This document shows positions 1 through 29,211 of a stretch of DNA of 64,000 bases, one piece after another. A program made the position numbers and the translations under genes. A model generated the notes under the pieces. The model did not search any database and was not told the origin of the DNA. It worked only from the letters and a program-made list of their open reading frames with translations. The stretch's first letter is position 1; each line of letters begins with the position of its first letter. The stretch spans positions 9,181,403 through 9,245,402 of the forward strand of contig CM082587.2 in assembly GCA_040954595.2 (NCBI GenBank), written 5' to 3'. Source of the stretch: Balanoglossus misakiensis (lineage: Eukaryota > Animalia > Hemichordata).

Positions 1-332
1 TTTTGCAAAACAGAACAAACCAAATTAAACCACAATTTTTTATAGCCCCCTTGCCTTCTAAGATACGGAAGATCGCTCGGTCACACACAAAATTGGCCAG
101 ATCGGGCTATGTGTTCAATAGTATAGACTTGGGGTTTATAGCAGTAGAAATTCAAGTATCCTTTGCCTACGTCAATTTGTTTTTTTAACTTTGCCATTAA
201 AGAATCGTGTCGGGTTATATTTTTTCTCGCATGTGTCCGTTTTATTCCTTTTTATCCAAGTGCCTTCATTCTATGATTACTTTTTGCAAAACAGAACAAA
301 CCAAACCACAATTTTTTATAGCCCCCTTGCCT
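1..332 (+). repeat. ~55 bp direct repeat (1-57 and 282-332), probably fragments of a repeat element
   Basis: ttttgcaaaacagaacaaaccaaa..ccacaatttttatagcccccttgcctt occurs twice with small indels. Confidence 0.55.
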
Positions 333-654
333 TTCACCTAGGCCTGAATGTTGAGGGAATTATTATCCTTGGAGGGCCACCATCACATTCACTCTTGAGG
401 CTCAATTTTCCATTTCCCAAACTTAATGTAACATTCACTTTGTCAGTATTAGGACCCTTGCGTTCGCGTTCTTGCTAAGTCCAAAATTGGGGCTAAAATT
501 ACACCGATATTGTCTGCCTACACTGGATGTAATTCTGAGACATCATTAATCAGTTCACATAAAAAAGTCATTTATTTCCAATAATATATCCGTAACTTCT
601 TCAAGTTACATTTCTCTTGAAATGTATGAATGCAACAAGAAATGACAACAAATA

Positions 655-17979
<17,325 letters not shown>

Positions 17980-18859
17980 TGCATTGAATTTGTTCTGTAC
18001 CGAAGGTATGCGAATGAATACGATCTACATGGAACCACTCATTCATTAAACAACCTCAAGTCTTGAGTCCGGTATCACACGTGTGTTGATCTCATGCGGG
18101 CAGCCATTTTGTAAACAAGGGTCACCACTGGGGTCACGACCTGACAGGGGTCACGTTCGCTACGTACGCAATGAGATAGGGACCGCTCAGTTTTACAGGG
18201 GGGGGGGGGGGTCACGGAAAATTATGGAAGAGATGGTGGGGGTCACTAACTTTCAAGCATTGTCCACCCAGCGAAGAAAAGACAAATGTAACCATCTCAG
18301 ACATAGACTAATTAGGGAGTGTCTACATATTACTTCAAGGGGGATCCCAGAGGATTTCCATATTTTCATTATTTTTGCTTCCCTCCCCAAATAAGAAAAT
18401 AAAATATGACCAAAAAAATTTGGTCCCCCTTGTTTTCCCTTAGAATCCCTCACGCCTTTCACAGATATTGTTGACTTTGATTATCGACTAACAAAAATAC
18501 CGTTTTGTTGGCTGGGTCATACACAATCCCCAGTTAAAATTTGAGCAAATTCGGCCAACGCAGAGCGAAGCTATTTTCGTCTGAAGTTGTCAAGAACAGC
18601 GAAAATGCAAACTGAGAAAAACGGCCATTTGCATTGTTGACACCTATTTGTTAAGCTGAGAACTCATTCAGAAAAGTGCTATTTTGGGATGATTATGCAC
18701 CATTTCCGCCAAGACGTATTAGTCACGATGTGGGTCAGTATTAGGCCTACCGATTTATGTAAAAAAGTAAAATTTGGCAAAAATCACAACTTTTCATGCA
18801 ATGCCACCTTAATTCGCGGGTTCCGAGTTACCGAAACAGGCCGCGTGAGGGCGTATCAA

Positions 18860-18874
18860 TGACGTCATTATAAG
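18860..18874 (+). promoter_or_regulatory. CRE palindrome (TGACGTCA) plus TATA-like box upstream of the THAP ORF
   Basis: caaTGACGTCAtTATAAGta, about 50 bp upstream of ATG 18922. Confidence 0.4.
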
Positions 18875-18921
18875 TACAAAGTGCGTGGTCCGCATTATTT
18901 TGACAAAAACACTGCCTGAAA

Positions 18922-20128
18922 ATGGTAAATTGGTTTTGTGCGGCTCCTGGCTGTACTATCAGCTTGCGCAAGAAAAGAAACGCCGCAAAATACCCTGGAT
19001 TGGCAGACGTGACATTTCATGCATTCCCAACTGAGAAACATCGCCGACTTCGACAGCAGTGGATTTCCGTGTTACGTCGGAAGGATGACTGGTCACCGAA
19101 CAATTATTCCCGTGTTTGTTCGAGGCATTTTCCGGGCAATAAAGGGCCGACCAAGGAGTTTCCAGTGCCGACACTTTTTCAGTATGACAACTGGAAACAG
19201 CCCGTCACAGTTCGTTCCACTGGTGTCATTGGCAAACTCTCGCAACATCGACAAGATTCAGAGCTGCATTCAAATTCACATGGTTTCTGTGGGGACGACG
19301 ATTGTTATACACCCATCAGGGAAGTTGATATGATTGTTGACGATCTGTATGATGGTGTAGGCCTTGATATTCAGTTGGGATCTGAAGACACACCTTCCAG
19401 TAAGTTTGGGTTTATTAGTTTCACTTCACATGATATAATATATTGTCATTTTTGTAGGTCATATGAAAAGGAAAGAGAAATTGTTTGAAAATGAATTTAG
19501 GCACTACTGTCGTACTGATTAATTTTACAGGCACATGAATGTCATGACCGCTGTGACAAAGTGCAACTGTGTGAACAACTCAGTGTCACAGTCACTTCAT
19601 TTTCAATTTAAACAGAAAGCCCCATACAAATGATATGGGGTTAGATACATACACTGCAAGGATGTATAACATAGCTTGTATAGCTTGTACATGTAGTTGT
19701 AGCCATCAGGGGATCCATGAATTAGCACGAATATAAATAACTGCAGGTTTCTCTTTGCATTTGATTTATCTTATATTAGTTTTAAAAATTTATGAAAACG
19801 TTTTGAAATTTAGTTGTAAAAATCCTGCACTTTTGTGATCTTGTTTATTAAAGTTATGTGTTTATTATTTACAGAAATGTACTCGGCTGTAAAGTGTTGT
19901 GGTGTTACCAAGCCACCCAGTGATCATGACTACATCTCTATGGTTGATGACACAACAGGCAAACCAAACTTGGATGGTGTTTCAAAGACCAGAGTAATGC
20001 CCATTTCAGGGGAAACACAGAAACGACATGTTGTGCATTGTGAAGAGGAGATGGATTCTTTTGTACTACCTAAACACTGTAAAATGACTGTAACCTGTGA
20101 TCGTGAAACGCAGACTGATTTGACGTAA
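18922..20128 (+). CDS. THAP zinc-finger protein, transposon-derived, 2 exons (18922-19399, 19875-20128), 243 aa
   Basis: C2CH THAP signature CAAPGC..FHAFP..W..WSP..RVCSRHF..PVPTLF. A phase-1 GT-AG intron (TCCA|gtaagt ... tttacag|AA) joins in frame to an exon containing DHDY and ending ETQTDLT-stop. Confidence 0.7.
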
Positions 20129-20135
20129 TGTAAAC

Positions 20136-21295
20136 CATGGAGGTACTAGAGAGAAGGAGCGAGGACGGATTTAAGCGGATTAAATCCCTTTCTTCTGAAG
20201 TGTGATAAGCTTCTTAAGTCTTTGTGTTTCTGTGTCGATAGCGTCCTTAGAACCCACTGTGTGTTGCCGTCGATTTTACAGTTAGGTTTGCAAGATCTAC
20301 GGGGTAAAATTTCTATGATATTAAAAACACTATGCGCACATCGCGGACGAGCCTACTACATATGCGTGGTGACTTTTATTTACATCTAGGGGTCAAGTTT
20401 ACGCATCACCACTACCGGAAACGTGTCAGGCGAATGTCTTGGAAGACTTGTGGCGTTATTTTTCTTCTTTGTACAACCAAAAAGCATGATTTTGAAATGA
20501 ATATTTTGAGTTTTTCGCAAACTTCCGCAAAAAACAATAAGTTCTTAGGTTTTCTTTGAAAACCAATCTTCCCGATGCAGTATTTTTGTTCGCGTGGGAT
20601 GCCCGATATTCACCATTGTAATTGCCAGCGCGGAGACGTTCGGCACAGCAGTTTGGTCTGGTTGTTTATGCTAAATGTAAATCATGGAGACGCGACGCCA
20701 GCTATGATTTGTTTATCTACGCAAGCGCACAGCTTTAATGAACGTCTATCAGGTGATAAAAGGTTCAGAGCCTAATGTTATCTGCAAACAGATTAAGACG
20801 CACATGGGGTTCATAGGAAACATTATAATATACCTCATGCTAATACTGTGCCGTGATTCGCCAGAATCCGTCACGTGATAGGAAAATAGAATCGACTATG
20901 AACCGCTAGGGAAATAGCAGAAAAAATATAAACCGATCACGTGACCAACGTGATCACGTCAATCAGCGTTGCGTCGTCTGACACAATGGCCACCGCTGAA
21001 GATGTCGTCTGCCAGCCTCAAGAGAAAAATGCAAGATTTTCCCAGCTGTTAGCATGAGGTTTATTATAAAACACCTATAGCCTGGCCTATATTCGGGCCA
21101 TAGCAGCCGTTTTTACCCCCTCGTGACTGTGAGTTACCAGAATCATATGCTATTTCCCGAGGCCGCAGGCCGAGGGAAATAGCATATGATTCTGGTAACT
21201 CACAGCCCCTCGGGTGTAATAAACGGCCGCTATGGCCCTCATGGCCAGGCAATAGGTGTTCAATAGCGTCCTCGCTCCTCTCTAGTACCTCCATG
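20136..21295. mobile_element. P-element-like non-autonomous element nested in the ISL2EU-like element
   Basis: TIRs CATGGAGGTACTAGAGAG..GGAGCGAGGACG / CGTCCTCGCTCCTCTCTAGTACCTCCATG. Flanks tgtaaac / cgtaaac (7-bp TSD, 1 mismatch). CATG termini with a 7-8 bp TSD are typical of the P superfamily. Confidence 0.7.
21070..21260. repeat. Palindromic foldback element nested in the P-like element
   Basis: aacacctat..ctgtgagttaccagaatcatatgctatttcccgaggccgcaggccgagggaaatagcatatgattctggtaactcacag..ataggtgtt. Confidence 0.8.
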
Positions 21296-22391
21296 CGTAA
21301 ACAAAACCCCATTCAGGACCGGAAGTGCGGTGGTCCCAACTCGCACGCCCTCAGGCGACAAGAGTCTATGAACTTTCTACTTTATTGAGAACTCGGAACC
21401 CGCGAATGTCATTTGTGTAATCAACCAATCATTGGTTAATAACTATATATTGGGAAAGGTAAAGGCAGCAGAGGATTTGGTGAATAATAATAACATTTTA
21501 TTAATAATCAAACAATAACTGATAAAATATTAAACAAAATGCTATTCTGATCTTTGTGCTGCAGACTTCACTTGATTGCAGCAACATACATGTTAACAGT
21601 GTTGCATCTGGAGTGTGGCATTGCGGGATTACCATATTTCTGATCGAAATGCTGCAACGTAAATAACCAAATGCGTCGAAATTGACACATTGAACCGCCC
21701 CTGTCCTAGACAGTCACTGAACAACTGCCAGTTGGAGGTCAAACATAAATGCTAATAGCCAAGGATTTAGTAAACATTACAAAAAATCAAGGACACTTAT
21801 CGGCATATGTAACAAGGACTGTGACATATATACACTTGTATATACAGTGATATCCGCAACATAGTTTCCGCGGTAACAGTCTAGAACATGAATACTGACA
21901 GTTCCTGTTTAAATCGAGGACACCTTTCTTATTAGCATAATTTATGTAAATGTAAAACTCAGATCATATGACTGATAACAGCAGCAACTTGTAAAGTATT
22001 GAAAAGCACTTCACAACTCATCATTTAAAAATACGATTAACTGCAGTTTTTTTATCTTTCCACCTTTAAAATGGAGTGTTGAAGTCCGTGTGTAGACTAA
22101 AACTGCAAAGAAATTCTCTGCAAACTTTATAAAACACAACTTCATCATCATTCTCAGTCTTGTCTCACTTTATGAATATTTATAGTATTGGATTGTCATA
22201 AGTAATCACAACGGAAAAAATGCCCACTAATTTTCAAAAAGGTCCCCAAAATTGCCCCAACTCTCGGATCCTAGATGCAAAACTGCAATGTGTGCTACAT
22301 ATTGTCATCCAAATTCTAAAAATAGATCAGCATTTACAAAACAATATCAAGGGAAAATTTCATTAGCTGATTTGTCATGATTTGTTGAATT

Positions 22392-25300
22392 TTATTTCAA
22401 GGTAAAGTCAAAATCTTTGAACTTTTTTCTGAAGTCAGCTGCCATTTTCGATTCCAGATCTTTGGATACTGCACATGCCTTCCAGTCCGCCCTCTCTGGC
22501 ATATTCAACAACTTGGGACTTGCAAGTACTTCCCTGAAATGAGATTAAACACACTACAGTTTAGTACAGAAAAATAATACACAAGTGACATGAATGTAAA
22601 ATGAATGTGAACAAATTCGGTCTTAATATGTGACTAGATACTACTGTACAGTGTTCGTTATGATAACTTTGACAATGTGTTTCACGTATGCAGAGGCTAG
22701 GCTTAACGAGTAAGGTCGTCATTTCGTGCATAACAAGCCACTCCTGCAGGCCCAATGTACTGGGGCTTCCATGGGCAAGCCCATTCCAATGTAATTAGCA
22801 ACAAATGAACAACCAGTCTCCCCATATTTACAGATCTCAACATCATGATCTGGATATTTGCTGGCATTTGAGAACTTTTGAGGCATGTGAGTTAATATTG
22901 GTACATTCAGAGGGCAATCATGCTTGCAATGGTTCGATTAGATGTGTTATGAAGTTACGCCTACCATTTGTGTAACCCTCTACATGATTGACAGCTGGCT
23001 GACTCAGAGAATGACCACGATACTGGTTTTCCTCTAAAATTAAAGACATTATCTAGTATCTTTTAATTATTTTCCCAAGCCGTGCTATCTGAGAGATAGC
23101 AAGCTACTGGTTATTACACTTGAATGACAAAGACTCGACTCCATACCTGCCAAACTGAAGGGGGAAACCTTTCTTTATTCGATGAAACAACTTTTCTCCA
23201 GAGTCAAGCTCAACATAGAAAAACGGAGAGCCTGTTGAGATGATCTGAAGAATGAAAAATACAGATACATATAATAACCATGATGCACACCTCTTATGTC
23301 TTTGCAATCTATGCAGGATTTTGTGAAGAGTATAGACAGTGATGGTCAATCTTGGATCATAGAAAGTGTTACTGTAAAACGGGTTATTTTCGCGAGCAAT
23401 GAATTTTTGCGAAGTATGCAAGAGCTAAACCAATGTGAAAATAAAAAGTGGCGTAAAAATGTTTTTCGGAGATAACGATGCAGTGGAAAACAAGAATGCG
23501 AAAATTAATCCTTGCGTAACAGTTGCCTGTTTTGATATCGCAAAAATTTCATATCGCAAAAATTACCCGTTTTACAGTATTACACCTCACGCTTTGTATT
23601 CCGTACTCTTGATTGGCTGAGACCTTACCACAATCAATCTGATGGTTTCAGACAATGGATACACATGGTACAATCACCCTGGAAACAGTAAGGGTGGGGT
23701 TTAATCATGCTCAAATTTCTTGTCTTACCTGTTTCAGATCTGAATGTTTGGGAATTTCATTTGTTTCCAGTTTTTGTTGTTGACTGTATTCTTGGAAGAC
23801 TTCATTAACAATGTCTTTGTTGTCATCAGGTACTGGTACAACCTAGAATAACATTAGATTAGAGTTAGTTTTTGCAATTCTCCATATGCATAATTTTTTT
23901 TTTGAGGGGGGGGGGGGGGTAAAATGAAGAGTAATATTTTGCATGATGTGATTGATAATAATTTCCATCTTGGCCATTTTCATTGTTTGGTGTAGGAATA
24001 GACTCTCACAGCCCCTCTCGCCGTCCATGCAGGCTTCTAGTCTGATTGCATGGGGCTTCTCCTTTGCTGAACGGTTGAGGGCGCGTCAGTGAAAAGCTAT
24101 AGCAAACCGTGGGCTGTGAGAGAGTCTAGTGTAGGAAGCGATTGCCAATTGTTTCATTCAAACTTGAAATCGTCAATTAAAATGGGGTTAGTTACATTGT
24201 CGAATATGGCAACCTCTCATGTGTCATTTACAGAAACAATGTTCACAAGCCACTGGCAATTCCAGAACACAATTTCCCAACATGTTTGTAGAGGCACCAT
24301 CTTGGCTGCTAAATCAGAAAATGATAACAAAAACACAATCAAAGACAATGTGCTCTCACTTGTACAGAACTGTTAAATTCCACCATTTCTATGCTGTAGG
24401 GCTTGAGAGGCTAAATGGAGCTATTAACAGATATACATGTATTCAATAAATACCTGTAGCTGTAGATGCTGACTTCTGAAATTTCTCTCAAATATGACGC
24501 AACATTTCCCCTCGTGTTTGAACATTTGTCGAAGGCATAACTTGTACTTCTCGATTTCTTCTATTGAGTCCTGTGTCACACAAAGAAATTACACACATTT
24601 ATGAACAGCAGAAATCCCCAACTGGAAGACCAGCTAAAACTTACTGTACAGTATACATATACCGGAAGTGAGCCACAACATTGCATCTTGCATGCAATTA
24701 ACTCATAATATTGAAGTTGTATTTCATTCACAATGTCACACTCTAGGTGACTGTACCAGGCTCACAAGCCACAATTACCACAATTTGAACAAACTTGACT
24801 AAGGTCACCCCAAGGAAGTTGTATACCAAATTTTCAAGCAATTGGACCAACGGTTTCATAATAAATATTTACGGCTTGCATGCAGCTACAGTTGTCCAAA
24901 CCTTTCTTATATCTTCATTATGTAGTATTCCATAATAAATGTACGGGGAAAAACGGGCAATTTTCGATGATGAAAAATGGACAAACACAGGAAATACTGG
25001 TAAGTAAGGAAAGTCTTTGTTAACGACCTACCTGTGTTAAGTCTACGGAGGATTGATAATGTCCAATGGGCAGAATAAGGATATGGTCCACAACTAAACC
25101 TCCCTTTGCAAGAGCTAGATAAGTCTGTGAACGACATACAAAGGAAGTCATTTCAATGACATTATTAAAATGTAGTTTCCAAACAGCTCTGATACAACTC
25201 CTCTGTGATATTTGACATCACATACATGCAAAATGTTTGTGAAGAATTCTTATATTAACCCTAACGCTGCCAAGTCGGTTGAAACTGGTTTGATTTCCAG

Positions 25301-28300
25301 GGTGCCTAGAATCCTGGCCCCCAGGCCTGTTAGACTGCCAGGTGCGTGTTAATCAGTAGGGCCTATACAAGACCTTCAGACCAATACAGTGCAAACCAGT
25401 GCAATTTAGTACATTTTACAGGGGGCTCAGATTGCCAAGTGTGTCTAAGTACGTATGAGAGCCATGTCAAGAAAGTCAAAATACGTTTTAGAAGAAAAAG
25501 TGGCAAATACAATGTACGTATTTTAAGGGACTTGACACTCTAAACAGGTATGACACCCAGTAGCATTAGGGTTAAATATAAAAGTCTACTGATTAGTTGA
25601 GTGATTTCCTTATTTATCACATGAACTGGCCTAGTCGGGATTCCAGACTTTAAGTTACAGGCACTAAGTTGCAGTTTTATGTCATAACAATATTGATTGC
25701 GCTAATTTATAATTGTATGTCAAGTAAGAAATAGTCACTGAAGTATGGGGATAGGACTGAAGGCTACCAATCATCAACTTTCGACCAACCCCAGAAAATG
25801 GTAACCCAACTGGGCCTCCACGAAAAAAAGTTATTTTTGAGCACTATATGATCAGCAGGTTTTTAAAGGCGGAACTTTCAATCCCTGGCCATTTTTGAGT
25901 GAGACTTTCCACCACGTCGAGGCCCCAAAAATGTTGAAAATCTCCCCCAATTCAGGTCCATCTGGGGAAATTAAGCCATAAATCAATAGGATACATATTC
26001 TTGGTGGCAATGTGTATGCATTGAGAAGGATTTTGTGATCAAAAAACGTCTAAAACCATGCATTGTCTGGAGCATGTATCCTTGTGTTGCTCATTTAGAG
26101 TCAATTACACAATGAACGACAGTTGGCTACCCCTATTTATAGGGGAGTTCGGCCTTAAACTTTGTGTGTGTGTACACAAGGCGACTCAAAGGATTAATTC
26201 TCTTGTATTGTGGGGATTTCTGTACAAGTGATGTAATGTTCACTTACATGTGTTCCAACACTGACTACTAGATGTTTTTCCACTTGTGGACTTCCCAAAC
26301 AAAACCAGCATGGACCTGTTGGCTTTGGTGGTGCTAAAATAGAATTATCATCAAAATTAAATGCAAGATAGATTGAATTCAGAATAACACGATACGAACT
26401 AATTTCAGAATTCCACAGTCCACAGTTTAGGATGGCTAAAGGTATAACAGACATAACATGCCAATGTTAAGCACCTGAACTTCCAAACATTATAATATAC
26501 TTTGTGCCTGTGTGAAGTACGTTTTGGCAGATTTTGTCTAAATATGGGCAGTATCATAGTTCATACATTTCTGAAGTATTTCATTCTCATTTCTACATGT
26601 GTTGCCATCCTCAAACGTTTTATTCATAGACACATCACCCTTCTTCCAGTTCCTTGATTGTAGCTGTACGTTTATTTCGAAGTTTGTGAATAACTGAGAA
26701 TGAGCGTAGTTGAATGGATTAAACAATATATCAATCACTGATGACAATGCACATGGCAATGGATTCATGATGTCATGCTTAAAGGCAGACAGTCTCGCTT
26801 TTTCATGTCAAAATCCATTAAATACATGCTCTAAATCAATACATTATAACTCATATGCTGACCACACATGGCTGGAAGAATACTGTGAAACAAGTTTTTG
26901 ACCTTTATGCTAAGACTGAGTTTACGTCTGGCCATACGCGCGATTTGACAGCCACCATTTTGAATTCATCTCAGAAGCAAAAGTGAAGTCCAACGTGAAA
27001 CATCAGCATGAGTCGATTATTTAAGAATTCCATGGAGATGAAACTTCTCTGATAACAACAATGTTTTGTAGTTATTTTATACAATTCATGCACAAAAATA
27101 GACTAAAACATTGAAATATTATTTACCTTTATGTTTCTTAGTTTGTGGACTTTCATCTTGACCATGGTGTCTCTTGCTTCCTCTTTCAGACGTCTGTTTT
27201 CTTTCATAACTTTTGGAGTCAAAGAAATACTGATTCGACATGTCACGCTACAATAATAGAGTGACAACTGGTATAAGTAATTTTATGTAAATCTTAATCA
27301 ACTGGTACATAAAATGAATGGTACTCCTTCATAAAAATTTCAAGCCTCTCAAGTGTCATGCCAACACATGTACGTTGCCATGACAGTATCAGTTTGAATG
27401 CTGTCATGGCAACACATACGTACATACATTACCGTACGTACGTACACACACACATACATAAGCCACTGATCCCATAAGGTCCCACTGGTATACATATACC
27501 AAATGGGACCTAAAAACAGAATGAACAGTGAAAGTACATGTAGTATGCTATACTGAACTCAAATTTGGCTCGGGACTGTGTTTACATTCGAATATTCAAA
27601 TCTATATTTCATTTTGTATTTCCACTTCAGCAACAGTTCTGAAAATCCTGTTGGCATTGATGGTTTAATTTACTTGCCTGTGCTGATTTGTCTTTGGTGA
27701 GTTCATGCTTCTTTGTGAATGGACACTCAGTGACATCTTCAGGTTGTTTTGTCAATTCTTCAAATGGCATCTCACACATTGGAATTATATTGAATGCATA
27801 GAGATACTGTTAAGCAAAGAAAAAAGATCACCATCAGGAAACAACCGCATCAAGGGGTCAATTGTAGGGTCAAGACAGCCATATAAAAGCTGGGCACAAT
27901 AAACATGCCATGACAGTATCAGTTTGAATGCTGTCATGGCAACACATATGTACATACATTACCGTATGTACACACACACACACACACACGCCACTGATCC
28001 CATAAGGTCCCGACACAAACAAGGTAGGGCCATAGTCCCTCTGTCAACTGCGCTTGGTCGTAGCAGATGACCATCATAAATACCTCTGCTAGTGCTACCG
28101 TTAAAGTCATTTTATAAGACGCGCCTTTTTTGAGTGACAGTGTGTGCCGAAAAGGGGGTGCGACTTATAATACCAATGTTCTGTTGTATTCATTTCCTTA
28201 AAATCTCCTCCCAAACAAGTCTTTCAAAGAAGGGGTGCGACTTATAATACCGCTGCGACTTATAAAATGACTTTAACGGTAGTCACAAATATGCTGGAAA

Positions 28301-29163
28301 ATGCAACACACTCATTTAGTCTGATAATAGGTGCTAAAAGCACAACATTTTGGTTGTTACCATTTTCCCCAGACAATGACCACATTTTCAGTTTTAATCC
28401 ACTGGCTATGTTGTTGAAATATTTACACAGTCATTTCAGGTGAGTGGCTGTCTTTGAATCCATTGCTAATACCAGAAAAACTATCAATCTGAAACAAACA
28501 TTTCCAGCACAACCGAGGGATTTCATCAAACAACAATCTGTCTGCACAATCAAAGAAAGAAATCTTACTTTCTTCTTGTCTTTATTCCCCACATTGGCCA
28601 AACCAATAAACCTGGTCACATGCACTGCAGTTTCAGCCAAAACTTTGTGATTTCTATATGGTGCTCTTTCATAGTATGTTTGATGCAAGCCTGCAAAGTG
28701 ATATCTAGGCTTCAGGTTGATGTCCGCTTCAGCAAGAAGTTTCGAACCTGTATTATTGGTATCAATATCTTCCTGCAAAATACAAAGAAATGAGTGGCAC
28801 AAAGGAAAGAACAAAATAGCACAAAAAATATGTATTATACATAAAATGTCCATTTCCCTTTAGCACTATATTTAAAACAGTAGTAAAACAACACTATGGA
28901 ATAACAAGTGTCAGTGCTTGGGAATCATTTCGAAATATATGTGAAATTTGAGCTGATTTGACATATTGGCATCTTCTGTAGCCAAGCCCGGACTCTCCCT
29001 CAAAACATCCCTTGGCAGACTGGAGTCACAGTTCATGTGATTGACAAGTGTTATCATGCAGATCATGCAAATACCAGTCACATTAATTCATGTTACTTAT
29101 ACCCAGTACACACCCAGAGTGTATGTTACATATTCTAATTTTAAAATAATCAAATGTTGAAGT

Positions 29164-29211
<48 letters not shown>

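Larger units (their letters stand above)
18814..21405 (+). mobile_element. ISL2EU-like (PHIS/Harbinger group) DNA transposon, internal-deletion derivative
   Basis: 16-bp TIR TCGCGGGTTCCGAGTT (18814-18829) / AACTCGGAACCCGCGA (21390-21405), AT on both flanks, subterminal tgagggcgt/acgccctca. Encodes a THAP protein; no DDE catalytic region seen. Confidence 0.7.
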
